A stretch of DNA of 64,000 nt from Lachnospiraceae bacterium (GTDB lineage Bacteria; Bacillota; Clostridia; Lachnospirales; Lachnospiraceae): NCBI GenBank assembly GCA_017544835.1, contig JAFYDI010000023.1:32206-96205 (forward strand), written 5' to 3'. Numbering within the stretch: the stretch's first letter is position 1; every line of letters starts with the position of its first letter. The position numbers and the translations under genes are program-made. Below the pieces are notes generated by a model. The model did not search any database, was not told the origin of the DNA, and was given only the letters and a program-made list of their open reading frames with translations. Positions 8,549 to 17,754 of this stretch are shown here, piece after piece.

Positions 8549-9988
8549 ATGAAGGACGGAAAAAAGGTAAGAAATCCTTTGACAAGGACAATAATCATAG
8601 GCGGCATTATCATGGCTGCTATTTTTGGATTGGCAGTGTCAGGGCTTTCGTATAAGATTTTTGAAAGACGAATGATGAGCCTTTATACGAAGCACATTAC
8701 AGACATTATGAATCTTACGCTTGCCAATATTGATACGGACGATTTGCGATATTGTATTGAGACAAGGGAACCTACCGACAAGTTCAAAGAACTGACTGCT
8801 TATGTGGATCAGGTAAGAATCAATTACGGGTTGTCGACCATAACGATAGTGTATCCCGAGAAAGTCGGGGATAAAGTTGAGATTATGCAGGTTGTTTCCG
8901 GTCTTTACCCGGAAGAACGATACGGAGATTCCAGAAAGGACATTCCGCTTCCGCTCTTAGGCGACTACATTACGGATTTCCTTCCTCCGGGATTCGGTGA
9001 CCAGGTATATGATGAATTTCTGAACCGTTACGACATTAAGTACTCCAAGGAAAAGAATGCATTTGGCAATGACTATTATGCCGCTTACACCATAAGAGAT
9101 GCAAACGGTTCTCCTATTGCGATTCTTACGACAAGTGCATCTCTTGACGAGATAGATGCCACGATGCGAGAGTATATGACTGTTATTGGTATTAGCATTC
9201 TTACTTTGGCAGCAGTTTTTGTAATAATTATGGTGGAATGGCTCAAGCGAAGAGTAATCAAACCTTTAAAACAGATAGGAACCGTGGCCGATGACTTCGA
9301 AAGAAAGAGCCGTGATTCCAAGGACCCCGAAGCCCTTATTATGGAGAATAAATCGCTTCATAAAGGCGACGAGCTTGAAGCGCTTGCAAATACCCTGGCA
9401 GCCATGTCACTGCATGTTAAGGCATATGTTGAGGAACTTCTTAAATCTGCATTGCAGATGGAAAGCATGCGTGATGAGGTAACTCGCGCCAATAACCTTG
9501 CAATGCGTGACTCCCTTACCGGCGTTAAGAGTAAGGCGGCTTACGACCAGCAGCGTCAGCGCTTAAACCTTGACATTCAGGCAGGCGAAGCGGAATTTGC
9601 CATCGCCATGATAGATATTAACTACCTTAAGCGTATCAACGATAATTACGGTCATGAAAAAGGAAACATCTACATAAAGAAGATGTGTACCATGATATGT
9701 GACGTATTCAATCACAGCCCGGTATTCCGTGTAGGCGGCGACGAATTCGTGGTAGTGCTTATTCACAGAGACTATGAGAACCGTGATGCCCTTATTAAAG
9801 AATTGAAAGATAAGATGACGGAACTGTCCGAGAAAATGGAGCTTGAGGAGTGGTTAAGACCTTCGGCCGCAATAGGACTTGGCGTATACGAGCAAAAGAA
9901 AGACACCGACTGCGACCAGGTATTTAAGCGCGCAGACGATGCCATGTATGAGAACAAGACCCAAATGAAGGCCTGTCGTAAAGTTTAG
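8549..9988 (+). CDS. membrane-anchored sensor diguanylate cyclase (GGDEF)
   Basis: N-terminal TM, extracytoplasmic sensor region and second TM. C-terminal GGDEF domain with RDSLTGV, intact RVGGDEFVVVL and DxxMYxxK end. Confidence 0.85.
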   Translation: MKDGKKVRNPLTRTIIIGGIIMAAIFGLAVSGLSYKIFERRMMSLYTKHITDIMNLTLANIDTDDLRYCIETREPTDKFKELTAYVDQVRINYGLSTITIVYPEKVGDKVEIMQVVSGLYPEERYGDSRKDIPLPLLGDYITDFLPPGFGDQVYDEFLNRYDIKYSKEKNAFGNDYYAAYTIRDANGSPIAILTTSASLDEIDATMREYMTVIGISILTLAAVFVIIMVEWLKRRVIKPLKQIGTVADDFERKSRDSKDPEALIMENKSLHKGDELEALANTLAAMSLHVKAYVEELLKSALQMESMRDEVTRANNLAMRDSLTGVKSKAAYDQQRQRLNLDIQAGEAEFAIAMIDINYLKRINDNYGHEKGNIYIKKMCTMICDVFNHSPVFRVGGDEFVVVLIHRDYENRDALIKELKDKMTELSEKMELEEWLRPSAAIGLGVYEQKKDTDCDQVFKRADDAMYENKTQMKACRKV

Positions 9989-10383
9989 TTAATTAAATCC
10001 GTGAGTTTCTTGTTATAAAAGAAATCGTGAATCAGTTTGTCAAATTCTTCCCACATGGGGAGGGTTTGGCAAACTTTTTTTCTGGTGCAGGCATAGCCTT
10101 TGTCGGCAAGACAGGCAACGGGAGAGAGAGAACCTTCCATAAGCTCGATAATCTCACCCACAGTATAGTCGTGCGGGGCTCTTGTAAGCTTATAGCCACC
10201 ACCCTTACCGCTGGTACCCGCGATAAGACCGCCTGTAACCATATCCTTAACTATAATCTCAAGATACTTCTTAGAAATCTCCTGCCTTTCTGCGATATCC
10301 TTAAGCGGAATATACTTATCGGAATCGTTCTCGGCTAAGTCCAACATAACTCTTAATGCGTAACGTCCTCTTGTAGAAATCAT
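9985..10383 (-). CDS. Rrf2 family transcriptional regulator (IscR/CymR-like, 3-Cys cluster ligands)
   Basis: MISTRGRYALRVMLDLA... wHTH. C-x6-C-x5-C (VACLADKGYACTRKKVC). Divergent from the metY-cysK operon. Confidence 0.85.
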   Translation of the reverse strand: MISTRGRYALRVMLDLAENDSDKYIPLKDIAERQEISKKYLEIIVKDMVTGGLIAGTSGKGGGYKLTRAPHDYTVGEIIELMEGSLSPVACLADKGYACTRKKVCQTLPMWEEFDKLIHDFFYNKKLTDLIN

Positions 10384-10407
10384 GGTAAATACCTCCCAAA
10401 TTCATTA

Positions 10408-10482
10408 TATACCTATTACTCCTAAGGATAAATAGGTAAAAATAAAAATATTTTTCCAATTAACCTATTGACATGGTAGGTA
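10408..10482. promoter_or_regulatory. candidate Rrf2 operator(s): inverted repeats of ACCTATT in the divergent intergenic region
   Basis: TACCTATT-13 nt-AATAGGTA (about 10410..10438). Third half-site aACCTATTgacatggTAGGTa overlaps the -35 of the downstream promoter. Confidence 0.4.
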
Positions 10483-10496
10483 AATGATGTTAACAT
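10468..10496 (+). promoter_or_regulatory. sigma-A-like promoter of the leader/metY-cysK transcript
   Basis: TTGACA-17 nt-TAACAT. Confidence 0.45.
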
Positions 10497-10538
10497 GACC
10501 TTGTTCAAAAGAACAAATAAAACAAGGAGAAAGCCGAT

Positions 10539-10649
10539 ATGAAACACTCAGAAGCTACAGTTAAATACATCGTCATGTGTTGTTGTCGAATGTTTAACTC
10601 CCGGGTATATAGTATGGCCGGAGCTTTGACGTGTCGATGTATACGCTGA
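10539..10649 (+). CDS. candidate Cys-rich leader peptide (36 aa) for transcription attenuation
   Basis: AAGGAGA RBS 9 nt before ATG. MKHSEATVKYIVMCCCRMFNSRVYSMAGALTCRCIR*. Three consecutive TGT codons flanked by ATG codons. Shorter than the track cutoff. Confidence 0.45.
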   Translation: MKHSEATVKYIVMCCCRMFNSRVYSMAGALTCRCIR

Positions 10650-10684
10650 TGCTTTGTAGAGATAAATCTATCTTAAGGTCATTT

Positions 10685-10720
10685 GCCCGGGAGCTTTGAA
10701 TCAGCTTACCGGGATTTTTA
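10685..10720 (+). terminator. leader terminator/attenuator hairpin (CCCGGGAGCT...AGCTtaCCGGGA + U-run) ~55 nt upstream of metY
   Basis: tgCCCGGGAGCTttgaatcAGCTtaCCGGGAtttttatt. An upstream near-duplicate segment GGCCGGAGCTTTGA (about 10616) and CCCGGG (about 10600) offer alternative pairings. Confidence 0.45.
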
Positions 10721-10772
10721 TTACCCAAAATCCCTCACACAAAAAAACACAAGAAAACAGGAGATTACTATC

Positions 10773-12053
10773 ATGAGCGATTACAGATTTGAAACATTAC
10801 AGTTACACGTAGGACAGGAAGAACCCGACCCCGCAACAGACGCAAGAGCGGTTCCGATTTACCAGACAACTTCATACGTATTCCACAACAGCAAGCATGC
10901 GGCAGATCGTTTCGGTCTTGCAGACGCAGGTAACATTTACGGAAGACTTACCAATTCCACCCAGGATGTTTTAGAAAAGAGAATAGCGGCACTTGAAGGC
11001 GGCAGCGCAGCACTTGCACTTGCATCCGGAGCAGCAGCTATTACATATACAATCGAAGCACTTGCAGCTAACGGCGGTCACATCGTAGCTCAGAAGACAA
11101 TCTACGGCGGGTCTTACAACCTTCTTGCACATACTCTTCCCCAGTATGGCATAACCACTACATTTGTCGATGCACACAATCTTGCAGAGGTTGAAGCCGC
11201 AATCAAGGACAACACCAGAGCCATCTACCTTGAGACTCTCGGAAATCCCAACAGCGACATTCCGGACATTGACGCTATTTCAGAAATAGCTCACAAGCAC
11301 GGACTTCCCGTAGTAGTAGACAACACCTTCGGAACACCTTATCTTATTCGTCCTTTCGAGCACGGAGCAGATATCGTAGTTCACTCAGCTACCAAATTTA
11401 TCGGCGGCCACGGCACCACACTCGGCGGTATCATCATCGAGAGCGGTAAGTTTAACTGGAAGGAGAGCGGTAACTATCCCCAGATTGCGGCTCCAAACCC
11501 CAGCTACCACGGTGTTTCTTTCTACGATGTAGTAGGTCCCGCTGCTTTCGTAACTTATATCAGAGCTATTCTCTTAAGAGATACGGGTGCTACAATTTCA
11601 CCTTTCAACGCTTTCCTTCTTTTGCAGGGCGTTGAGACACTTTCTTTAAGACTCGACAGACACGCGGAGAACACCAAAAAGGTCGTTGAGTTCTTAAAGA
11701 ACCACCCGAAGGTAGAGAAGGTTAACCATCCTTCGCTTGAAGATCACCCCGACCATGCACTTTACAAGAAGTATTTCCCTAATGGCGGTGCTTCAATCTT
11801 TACCTTCGACATTAAGGGCGGCAAGGAAGAAGCCTGGAAGTTTATCGACAACTTAAAGATTTTCTCACTTCTTGCCAATGTAGCGGATGTTAAGAGCCTT
11901 GTAATCCACCCCGCATCCACCACACATTCACAGCTTTCAGAGGCTGAACTTAAGGATCAGGGCATCAATCAGAACACCATCAGACTTTCAATCGGTACAG
12001 AGCATATCGATGATATCATTGCCGATTTGGAAAAAGGCTTTTCAGCCATTTAG
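10773..12053 (+). CDS. metY: O-acetylhomoserine (thiol)-lyase / sulfhydrylase (PLP, Cys/Met metabolism family)
   Basis: MSDYRFETLQLHVGQE.PDPATDARAVPIYQTTSYVF... Catalytic-lysine-region motif HSATKFIGGHG. AGGAG RBS. The track ORF begins at an upstream TTG; the ATG is at 10773. Confidence 0.85.
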   Translation: MSDYRFETLQLHVGQEEPDPATDARAVPIYQTTSYVFHNSKHAADRFGLADAGNIYGRLTNSTQDVLEKRIAALEGGSAALALASGAAAITYTIEALAANGGHIVAQKTIYGGSYNLLAHTLPQYGITTTFVDAHNLAEVEAAIKDNTRAIYLETLGNPNSDIPDIDAISEIAHKHGLPVVVDNTFGTPYLIRPFEHGADIVVHSATKFIGGHGTTLGGIIIESGKFNWKESGNYPQIAAPNPSYHGVSFYDVVGPAAFVTYIRAILLRDTGATISPFNAFLLLQGVETLSLRLDRHAENTKKVVEFLKNHPKVEKVNHPSLEDHPDHALYKKYFPNGGASIFTFDIKGGKEEAWKFIDNLKIFSLLANVADVKSLVIHPASTTHSQLSEAELKDQGINQNTIRLSIGTEHIDDIIADLEKGFSAI

Positions 12054-12111
12054 GAATTGAAAAAATGCGTAAAAGGGATAGAATTAAAGCTAAAGAAAGA
12101 AGGAGAACACT

Positions 12112-13044
12112 ATGGCAAAGATTTACAAAGGAACACTCGACCTCATCGGAAAGACACCCCTCGTGGAGGTTACAAACATTGAAAAAGAACTTGGACTTAA
12201 TGCAACTGTACTGGTTAAGCTCGAATATTTAAATCCCGCAGGAAGCGTTAAGGACAGAATTGCCAAGGCTATGATTGAAGATGCCGAGAAATCGGGAGCA
12301 CTTAAGCCCGGATCAGTAATCATCGAGCCCACTTCCGGTAACACCGGTATCGGTCTTGCATCCATAGCAGCAGCGAAGGGTTACAGAATCATTCTCACAA
12401 TGCCCGAGACCATGAGCGTTGAGAGACGTAATATATTAAAGGCATACGGCGCTGAAATCGTACTTACCGAAGGCGCTAAGGGCATGAAGGGTGCCATTGC
12501 CAAGGCTGAAGAACTTAAGGCTGAAATTCCCGGAGGCTTTATCCCCGGACAGTTTGTTAACCCTGCTAACCCCAAGATTCACAGAGAGACTACCGGTCCC
12601 GAAATCTGGGAAGATACAGACGGTAAGGTTGATATCTTTATCGCAGGTGTAGGTACAGGCGGTACCGTTACAGGTACAGGCGAGTATCTTAAGAGCAAGA
12701 ATCCGGGTGTCAAGGTTGTAGCTTTAGAGCCCAAGGATTCACCTGTATTGTCAGAGGGTCACGCAGGCGCTCATAAGATTCAGGGTATCGGCGCAGGCTT
12801 CGTTCCGGATGTACTTAACACTAAGGTTTATGACGAAGTATTTACAGCGGCCAATGAAGATGCTTTTGCAACTGCTAAGCTTCTTGCCAAGAAGGAAGGC
12901 ATCCTTGTAGGCATCTCCTCAGGCGCAGCACTTTTCGGCGCTATCGAGCTTGCAAAGCGTCCCGAGAACAAGGGTAAGACCATTGTAGCCCTTCTTCCCG
13001 ACAGCGGCGACAGATACTACTCAACACCTTTATTTACAGAGTAA
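12112..13044 (+). CDS. cysK: cysteine synthase A (O-acetylserine sulfhydrylase)
   Basis: [27 protein letters not shown] and GIGAGF motifs. 310 aa. Confidence 0.9.
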   Translation: MAKIYKGTLDLIGKTPLVEVTNIEKELGLNATVLVKLEYLNPAGSVKDRIAKAMIEDAEKSGALKPGSVIIEPTSGNTGIGLASIAAAKGYRIILTMPETMSVERRNILKAYGAEIVLTEGAKGMKGAIAKAEELKAEIPGGFIPGQFVNPANPKIHRETTGPEIWEDTDGKVDIFIAGVGTGGTVTGTGEYLKSKNPGVKVVALEPKDSPVLSEGHAGAHKIQGIGAGFVPDVLNTKVYDEVFTAANEDAFATAKLLAKKEGILVGISSGAALFGAIELAKRPENKGKTIVALLPDSGDRYYSTPLFTE

Positions 13045-13062
13045 TACGACTAATGCATTCAG

Positions 13063-13094
13063 GGTTCCGGCCATTTGCTGACCGGAACCTTTTT
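13063..13094 (+). terminator. intrinsic terminator after cysK
   Basis: GGTTCCGG-11 nt loop-CCGGAACC followed by TTTTT. Confidence 0.65.
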
Positions 13095-13113
13095 GACTAC
13101 AAGGAGAATGGGT

Positions 13114-13944
13114 ATGAAACGTGTACTTACAATTCAGGATATTTCCTGCCTCGGAAAGTGCTCTCTTACTATAGCGCTTCCTGTACTTTCGGCAATGGGA
13201 GTGGAAACCGTAATACTGCCTACGGCGGTTTTGTCTACACACACCATGTTTAAAAACTTCACGGTTAAGGATTTATCAGACCAGATTACACCTATCGTTA
13301 ATCACTGGAAGAGTGAGAAGGTGGATTTTGATGCAATTTACACGGGGTATCTCGGAACAATCGAAGAGATTGAACTTATGAAAGGTATATTCAAGGACTT
13401 TAAGAAAGACGGTTCTTTTGTCTTCGTGGATCCCGTAATGGCCGATAACGGCAAGCTTTATGCGGCATTTAACGAAGAGTATGTTAAGAAAAACTCAGAG
13501 CTTTGTGCCGGAGCGGATGTAATAGTTCCCAACATCACCGAGGCTGCTTTCATGACAGGTACCGAGTATCGTGAGGAATACGGAGAGGACTACATTAAGC
13601 TGCTTTTGTCCCGACTTAACGACCTTGGCGCCAAGGTAAGCGTGCTTACGGGTGTATCCCTTGAGAAAGGCAAGACCGGCGTATACGGATATGACAGCAC
13701 GGCCAAAGAATACTTCACATATCAAAACGACCGTGTGGACGCTTCTTACCATGGCACCGGCGACTTGTTCTCAAGTACTGCAGTGGGTGCTTTGTTACGC
13801 GGTAAGAGCTTATATGAAGCCTTCAAGATTGCGGCCGATTACACGGCTCTTACCATCGGGGAAACCCTTAAAAATCCCAAAAAGCCCTGGTACGGAGTGG
13901 ACTTTGAAACCACAATACCTTCTCTTGTGAAGGCAATACAATAA
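13114..13944 (+). CDS. pdxK: pyridoxal/pyridoxamine kinase (PdxK/PdxY family)
   Basis: MKRVLTIQDISCLGKCSLTIALPVLSAMGVETVILPTAVLSTHT... ribokinase-like fold. AGGAG RBS. Track ORF 13075..13944. Confidence 0.8.
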   Translation: MKRVLTIQDISCLGKCSLTIALPVLSAMGVETVILPTAVLSTHTMFKNFTVKDLSDQITPIVNHWKSEKVDFDAIYTGYLGTIEEIELMKGIFKDFKKDGSFVFVDPVMADNGKLYAAFNEEYVKKNSELCAGADVIVPNITEAAFMTGTEYREEYGEDYIKLLLSRLNDLGAKVSVLTGVSLEKGKTGVYGYDSTAKEYFTYQNDRVDASYHGTGDLFSSTAVGALLRGKSLYEAFKIAADYTALTIGETLKNPKKPWYGVDFETTIPSLVKAIQ

Positions 13945-13953
13945 TATGGATTT

Positions 13954-13985
13954 AAAACGGCTTAAGTCTGACTTGAGCCGTTTTT
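13954..13985. terminator. bidirectional terminator between pdxK (+) and AraC-family gene (-)
   Basis: AAAACGGCTTAAGTC/GACTTGAGCCGTTTT long palindrome with A-run and T-run flanks. Confidence 0.55.
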
Positions 13986-14951
13986 CTTTCGATAATCGGC
14001 AGGAGATACCTGATATTTTTCTTTAAAAATCCGGTAGAAATAACTACTGTTATTGTACCCCAGCTTTTCCATTATTCTGTCTACGGAAAGCGAAGAATTG
14101 TTAAGCAGATATACAGCCTGCCTGAGCCGCTGTTGCTTTAACAGCTCTTTAAAATTGCTTCCCGTGTATTTCTTTAAGAGACGGCTTACATAGTATTCGG
14201 GAAGCTTAAGGTCACCCGATATTTCATTAAGTGACGCCGTACTGTAATTGGTCTCAATGAGTCTAAGTATCTTAAGAACAAGATTCTTCTCATAATCATT
14301 GGCATCTATATCGACAGTCTCACAAAACACCGAAAGGTTCATAAGCAAAAGCCCCATGGTTACAGCGTTTATGTTGTGGGTGCCGGGCTTTTTATTAATA
14401 AGCGTTACAAGCATATTTTCGACAAGATTGCTAATCGGCAGAATATCATGAGCCTTAAAGTACAGATAATTGACCGATGACATTTCACCTGTCAGCGCTG
14501 CGATTAAGAAATGCCGTACCACACTGTTTTGCTCAATCATGGAAAGAGAGCGGTCAAAGAATTCCGGAAGAATTATAAAGTTAACCGCCAGATCTTTTTC
14601 CGATGCGGGCAGAATTTCATGAGTCGCATGCTGATTCATAAAAAGAATGTCTCCAGCGGTAAGAGTAATCCTGTCCCGCCCGTTAATGATATGAGTCGTA
14701 GCCCCCTGACACATGTACACCATTTCAACATAATTGTGGCTATGGCACGGAAAGTGCGCAAAACGTGTATGCGGGCGAATCTCGATTAACTGTCCTTTCT
14801 GCAACAGTTTCTTATTGTCCACTACAAAATCGATAGACGACGTGTAATCTGAACGATTGATGTCGGCATGCTCTTTAAGTATTCTTTTTTCTTCATCCGT
14901 TATGGTGCTTAAGTATTCTGTTATTGCTTCTGTCATGACATTATCCTGCAA
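13962..14951 (-). CDS. AraC family transcriptional regulator (cupin sensor + HTH), likely rhamnose regulator
   Basis: C-terminal AraC HTH (YTGSNFKELLKQQRLRQAVYLLNNSSLSVDRIMEKLGYNNSSYFYRIFKEKYQVSPADYR). Divergent from rhaBAD. Confidence 0.8.
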   Translation of the reverse strand: MQDNVMTEAITEYLSTITDEEKRILKEHADINRSDYTSSIDFVVDNKKLLQKGQLIEIRPHTRFAHFPCHSHNYVEMVYMCQGATTHIINGRDRITLTAGDILFMNQHATHEILPASEKDLAVNFIILPEFFDRSLSMIEQNSVVRHFLIAALTGEMSSVNYLYFKAHDILPISNLVENMLVTLINKKPGTHNINAVTMGLLLMNLSVFCETVDIDANDYEKNLVLKILRLIETNYSTASLNEISGDLKLPEYYVSRLLKKYTGSNFKELLKQQRLRQAVYLLNNSSLSVDRIMEKLGYNNSSYFYRIFKEKYQVSPADYRKKNGSSQT

Positions 14952-15077
14952 GAAAAGTCCCTACTATTTACAAATAAAGACCTAAAAAGTATGTGTTTTC
15001 TTCTTTATCATAATCGTAAAGACAGGAAAAATCCACTATGTACACATAAAATGCATTTATGCAAGAAAGGATTGAGG

Positions 15078-16496
15078 ATGGCTGATTATTATCTTGCGGT
15101 CGATATAGGGGCATCAAGCGGAAGACACATGATTATGAGTCTTGAGAGAGGATATCTTAAGCTTAGGGAAATATACCGTTTCAAGAATGAAGCGGTGAAA
15201 AAGAACGGGCATCTTGTATGGGACACGCAGAAACTATTTTCGGAAATCCTTGCAGGTATGCGTAAATGCGCCGAAGAAGGTCTGGTGCCGATAAGTATGG
15301 CTATTGATACCTGGGCCGTGGATTACGTATTGCTTGACAAGGACGACAATCCCATCGGGGAAACATACGCCTACAGGGACTTAAGAACCAAAGGCATGGA
15401 CGAAGAAGTATACAGATTCGTGTCCAAAGAGGAACTTTACAATAAAACAGGCATTCAAAAGCAGATATTCAACACAATCTATCAGCTTATCGCGGATAAG
15501 GTCAGAGAACCCTCAAGACTTAAGATGGCATCGACTTTTCTGATGCTGCCTGACTATTTTAACTTCCTTTTAACCGGCATTAAAAAATCCGAGTACACCA
15601 ATGCCACATCTACCGGCCTGGTAAATTCCGAAACTTCTGCGTGGGACGGAGAAATCATCGATAGAACCGGCATTCCGAAAGACATTTTTTTGCCGCTTAA
15701 TATGCCCGGAACCTCCGTGGGAAGGCTTACGAAAGAAGTTGAGGGAAAGGTCGGCTTTAACTGCCAAGTGATTATGTGTGCAAGCCACGATACCGCTTCG
15801 GCCGTAATGGCTGTGCCGGCAAAAGAAGAAAAATCGGTTTACATAAGTTCAGGAACCTGGTCACTCATGGGCACGGAAACGCAGAGAGCAATTATAAACG
15901 ACTTAAGCCGTGAATACAATTTCACCAATGAAGGCGGCTATAACAAGCGTTTCAGATTTCTAAAAAACATAATGGGCCTATGGATGATTCAATCGGTGAA
16001 AAAAGAACTGACGGAAGATATTTCATATGCGGAATTTGCGGAGCTGGCGGAAGAATACGGTGACATAGAAACGAGGGTTGATGTTAATTCGCAGGTCTTT
16101 TTTGCGCCTGAGAGCATGACGGCAGCCATAAAGCAGTATTGCATCAACAGTGGTCAGCAGGTTCCTTTAAAGACGGGACAGCTTGCGGCAGTAATATACA
16201 AAAGCCTTGCGGAGTATTACGTTAAGACTTTCAAAGAGATAGAGAAGATTACGGGTACACCCCACGATGCGCTATACATAGTGGGTGGCGGCTCCAATGT
16301 GGATTTTTTAAACCGCGAAATAGTTATGCTCCTCCACAAACCCGTATACGCAGGACCGGCGGAAGCTACGGCTATAGGTAACATATTGGCGCAGATGATT
16401 AAGGCCGGCAGATTTAAAGATTTATCGGAGGCAAGGGAGTGCGTACATCGTTCTTTTGCCGTTAAAAAATACGATTACAAAGGAGACAGCATATGA
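15078..16496 (+). CDS. rhaB: rhamnulokinase (FGGY kinase)
   Basis: MADYYLAVDIGASSGRH... FGGY N-terminal motif. Followed by rhaA and rhaD. Track ORF 14991..16496. Confidence 0.8.
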   Translation: MADYYLAVDIGASSGRHMIMSLERGYLKLREIYRFKNEAVKKNGHLVWDTQKLFSEILAGMRKCAEEGLVPISMAIDTWAVDYVLLDKDDNPIGETYAYRDLRTKGMDEEVYRFVSKEELYNKTGIQKQIFNTIYQLIADKVREPSRLKMASTFLMLPDYFNFLLTGIKKSEYTNATSTGLVNSETSAWDGEIIDRTGIPKDIFLPLNMPGTSVGRLTKEVEGKVGFNCQVIMCASHDTASAVMAVPAKEEKSVYISSGTWSLMGTETQRAIINDLSREYNFTNEGGYNKRFRFLKNIMGLWMIQSVKKELTEDISYAEFAELAEEYGDIETRVDVNSQVFFAPESMTAAIKQYCINSGQQVPLKTGQLAAVIYKSLAEYYVKTFKEIEKITGTPHDALYIVGGGSNVDFLNREIVMLLHKPVYAGPAEATAIGNILAQMIKAGRFKDLSEARECVHRSFAVKKYDYKGDSI

Positions 16497-17752
16497 CAGT
16501 AAAAGAAAGATACGAAGAATCAAAGAAACTCTTTGCCGCGATGGGAGTCGATGCGTACAAGGCCATAGAGCGTCTTTCAAAGGTGCCGATATCGGTTCAT
16601 TGCTGGCAGGGAGACGATGTCAAAGGCTTTGACCGGGAGGGACCCTTGACCGGAGGCATACAGACTACGGGAAATTACCCGGGCAAGGCCGGAACACCGA
16701 TTGAACTTATGGCGGACATGGATAAAGCGATGTCTCTTTGCCCCGGGAAAAAGAAGATTAATCTTCATGCAAGTTACGCGATCTTTGAAAACGGCGAGCA
16801 CGTCGACAGAGACAAGCTTGAGCCTAAGCACTTTAAGGTGTGGGTGGATTATGCCGTAAAGAGGCATCTCGGGATTGATTTTAACCCCACTTTCTTTTCC
16901 CATCCTATGTGCAAAGACGGGCTTACACTCACAAGCCCCGACGAAGAAGTGCGTAAATTCTGGATAAATCACGGGAAGGCATGCATAAGAATTGCAGAAT
17001 ACTTTGCGCGTGAAACCGGTGTGCCCTGCGTTATGAATATCTGGATAGGAGACGGATATAAGGATGTGCCTGCAGACAGACTGGGACCCCGTATAAGGTA
17101 CAAAGAATCAATCGAAGAGATACTTAAACAGCCCTATGACAAGGCGCTTGTTAAGGTGACGGTTGAGTCTAAGGTATTCGGAATAGGTGTGGAATCTTAT
17201 ACTGCGGGAAGCGGGGAGTTCGCGCTTTCTTTTGCGGCGTTTCATGAGGGATGCCTTCCGCTTATGGACAACGGACACTATCATCCGACGGAGGTGGTGT
17301 CGGATAAGATTCCGGCACTTCTTACGTTTTTTGACGAAATCGCACTCCACATTACAAGAGGTGTCAGATGGGACTCAGACCACGTAGTGATACTCGATGA
17401 TGAGACTAAGGAGATTGCCAAAGAAATAGTGCGCTGTAACGCGCTTGAAAGGGTTCATATTGCGCTTGACTTCTTTGACGCAAGCATCAACAGGGTGGCA
17501 GCCTGGGCCGTAGGAATGAGAAGTGTTGAAAAGGCTCTTCTCATGGCACTTCTTACTCCTTACGAACGGCTTAAAAAACTTCAGGACGAGAATCGCATGA
17601 CGGAACTTATGATAAGCCTTGAGACTGTTAAAATGCTTCCTTTCGGCGATATATGGGACGAATACTGTGAGATTAACGGAGCAGTCAAAGACGCTGATTT
17701 GTACGGAGCAATCGACAAATACGAGAAGGATGTATTAATGAAAAGAGGATAG
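16493..17752 (+). CDS. rhaA: L-rhamnose isomerase
   Basis: 419 aa, MTVKERYEESKKLFAAMGVDAYKAIERLSKVPISVHCWQGDDV... Confidence 0.85.
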   Translation: MTVKERYEESKKLFAAMGVDAYKAIERLSKVPISVHCWQGDDVKGFDREGPLTGGIQTTGNYPGKAGTPIELMADMDKAMSLCPGKKKINLHASYAIFENGEHVDRDKLEPKHFKVWVDYAVKRHLGIDFNPTFFSHPMCKDGLTLTSPDEEVRKFWINHGKACIRIAEYFARETGVPCVMNIWIGDGYKDVPADRLGPRIRYKESIEEILKQPYDKALVKVTVESKVFGIGVESYTAGSGEFALSFAAFHEGCLPLMDNGHYHPTEVVSDKIPALLTFFDEIALHITRGVRWDSDHVVILDDETKEIAKEIVRCNALERVHIALDFFDASINRVAAWAVGMRSVEKALLMALLTPYERLKKLQDENRMTELMISLETVKMLPFGDIWDEYCEINGAVKDADLYGAIDKYEKDVLMKRG

Positions 17753-17754
17753 AC

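Noticed and set aside
10027-10338. Plus-strand 103-aa ORF antisense to the Rrf2 regulator gene
   Set aside because: It overlaps the well-supported Rrf2 CDS completely and has no RBS.
10500-10772. S-box (SAM-I) riboswitch or T-box leader upstream of metY
   Set aside because: No SAM-I conserved blocks and no T-box sequence (AANNNGGGTGGNACCGCG) or specifier-loop architecture. The leader-peptide model explains the features better.
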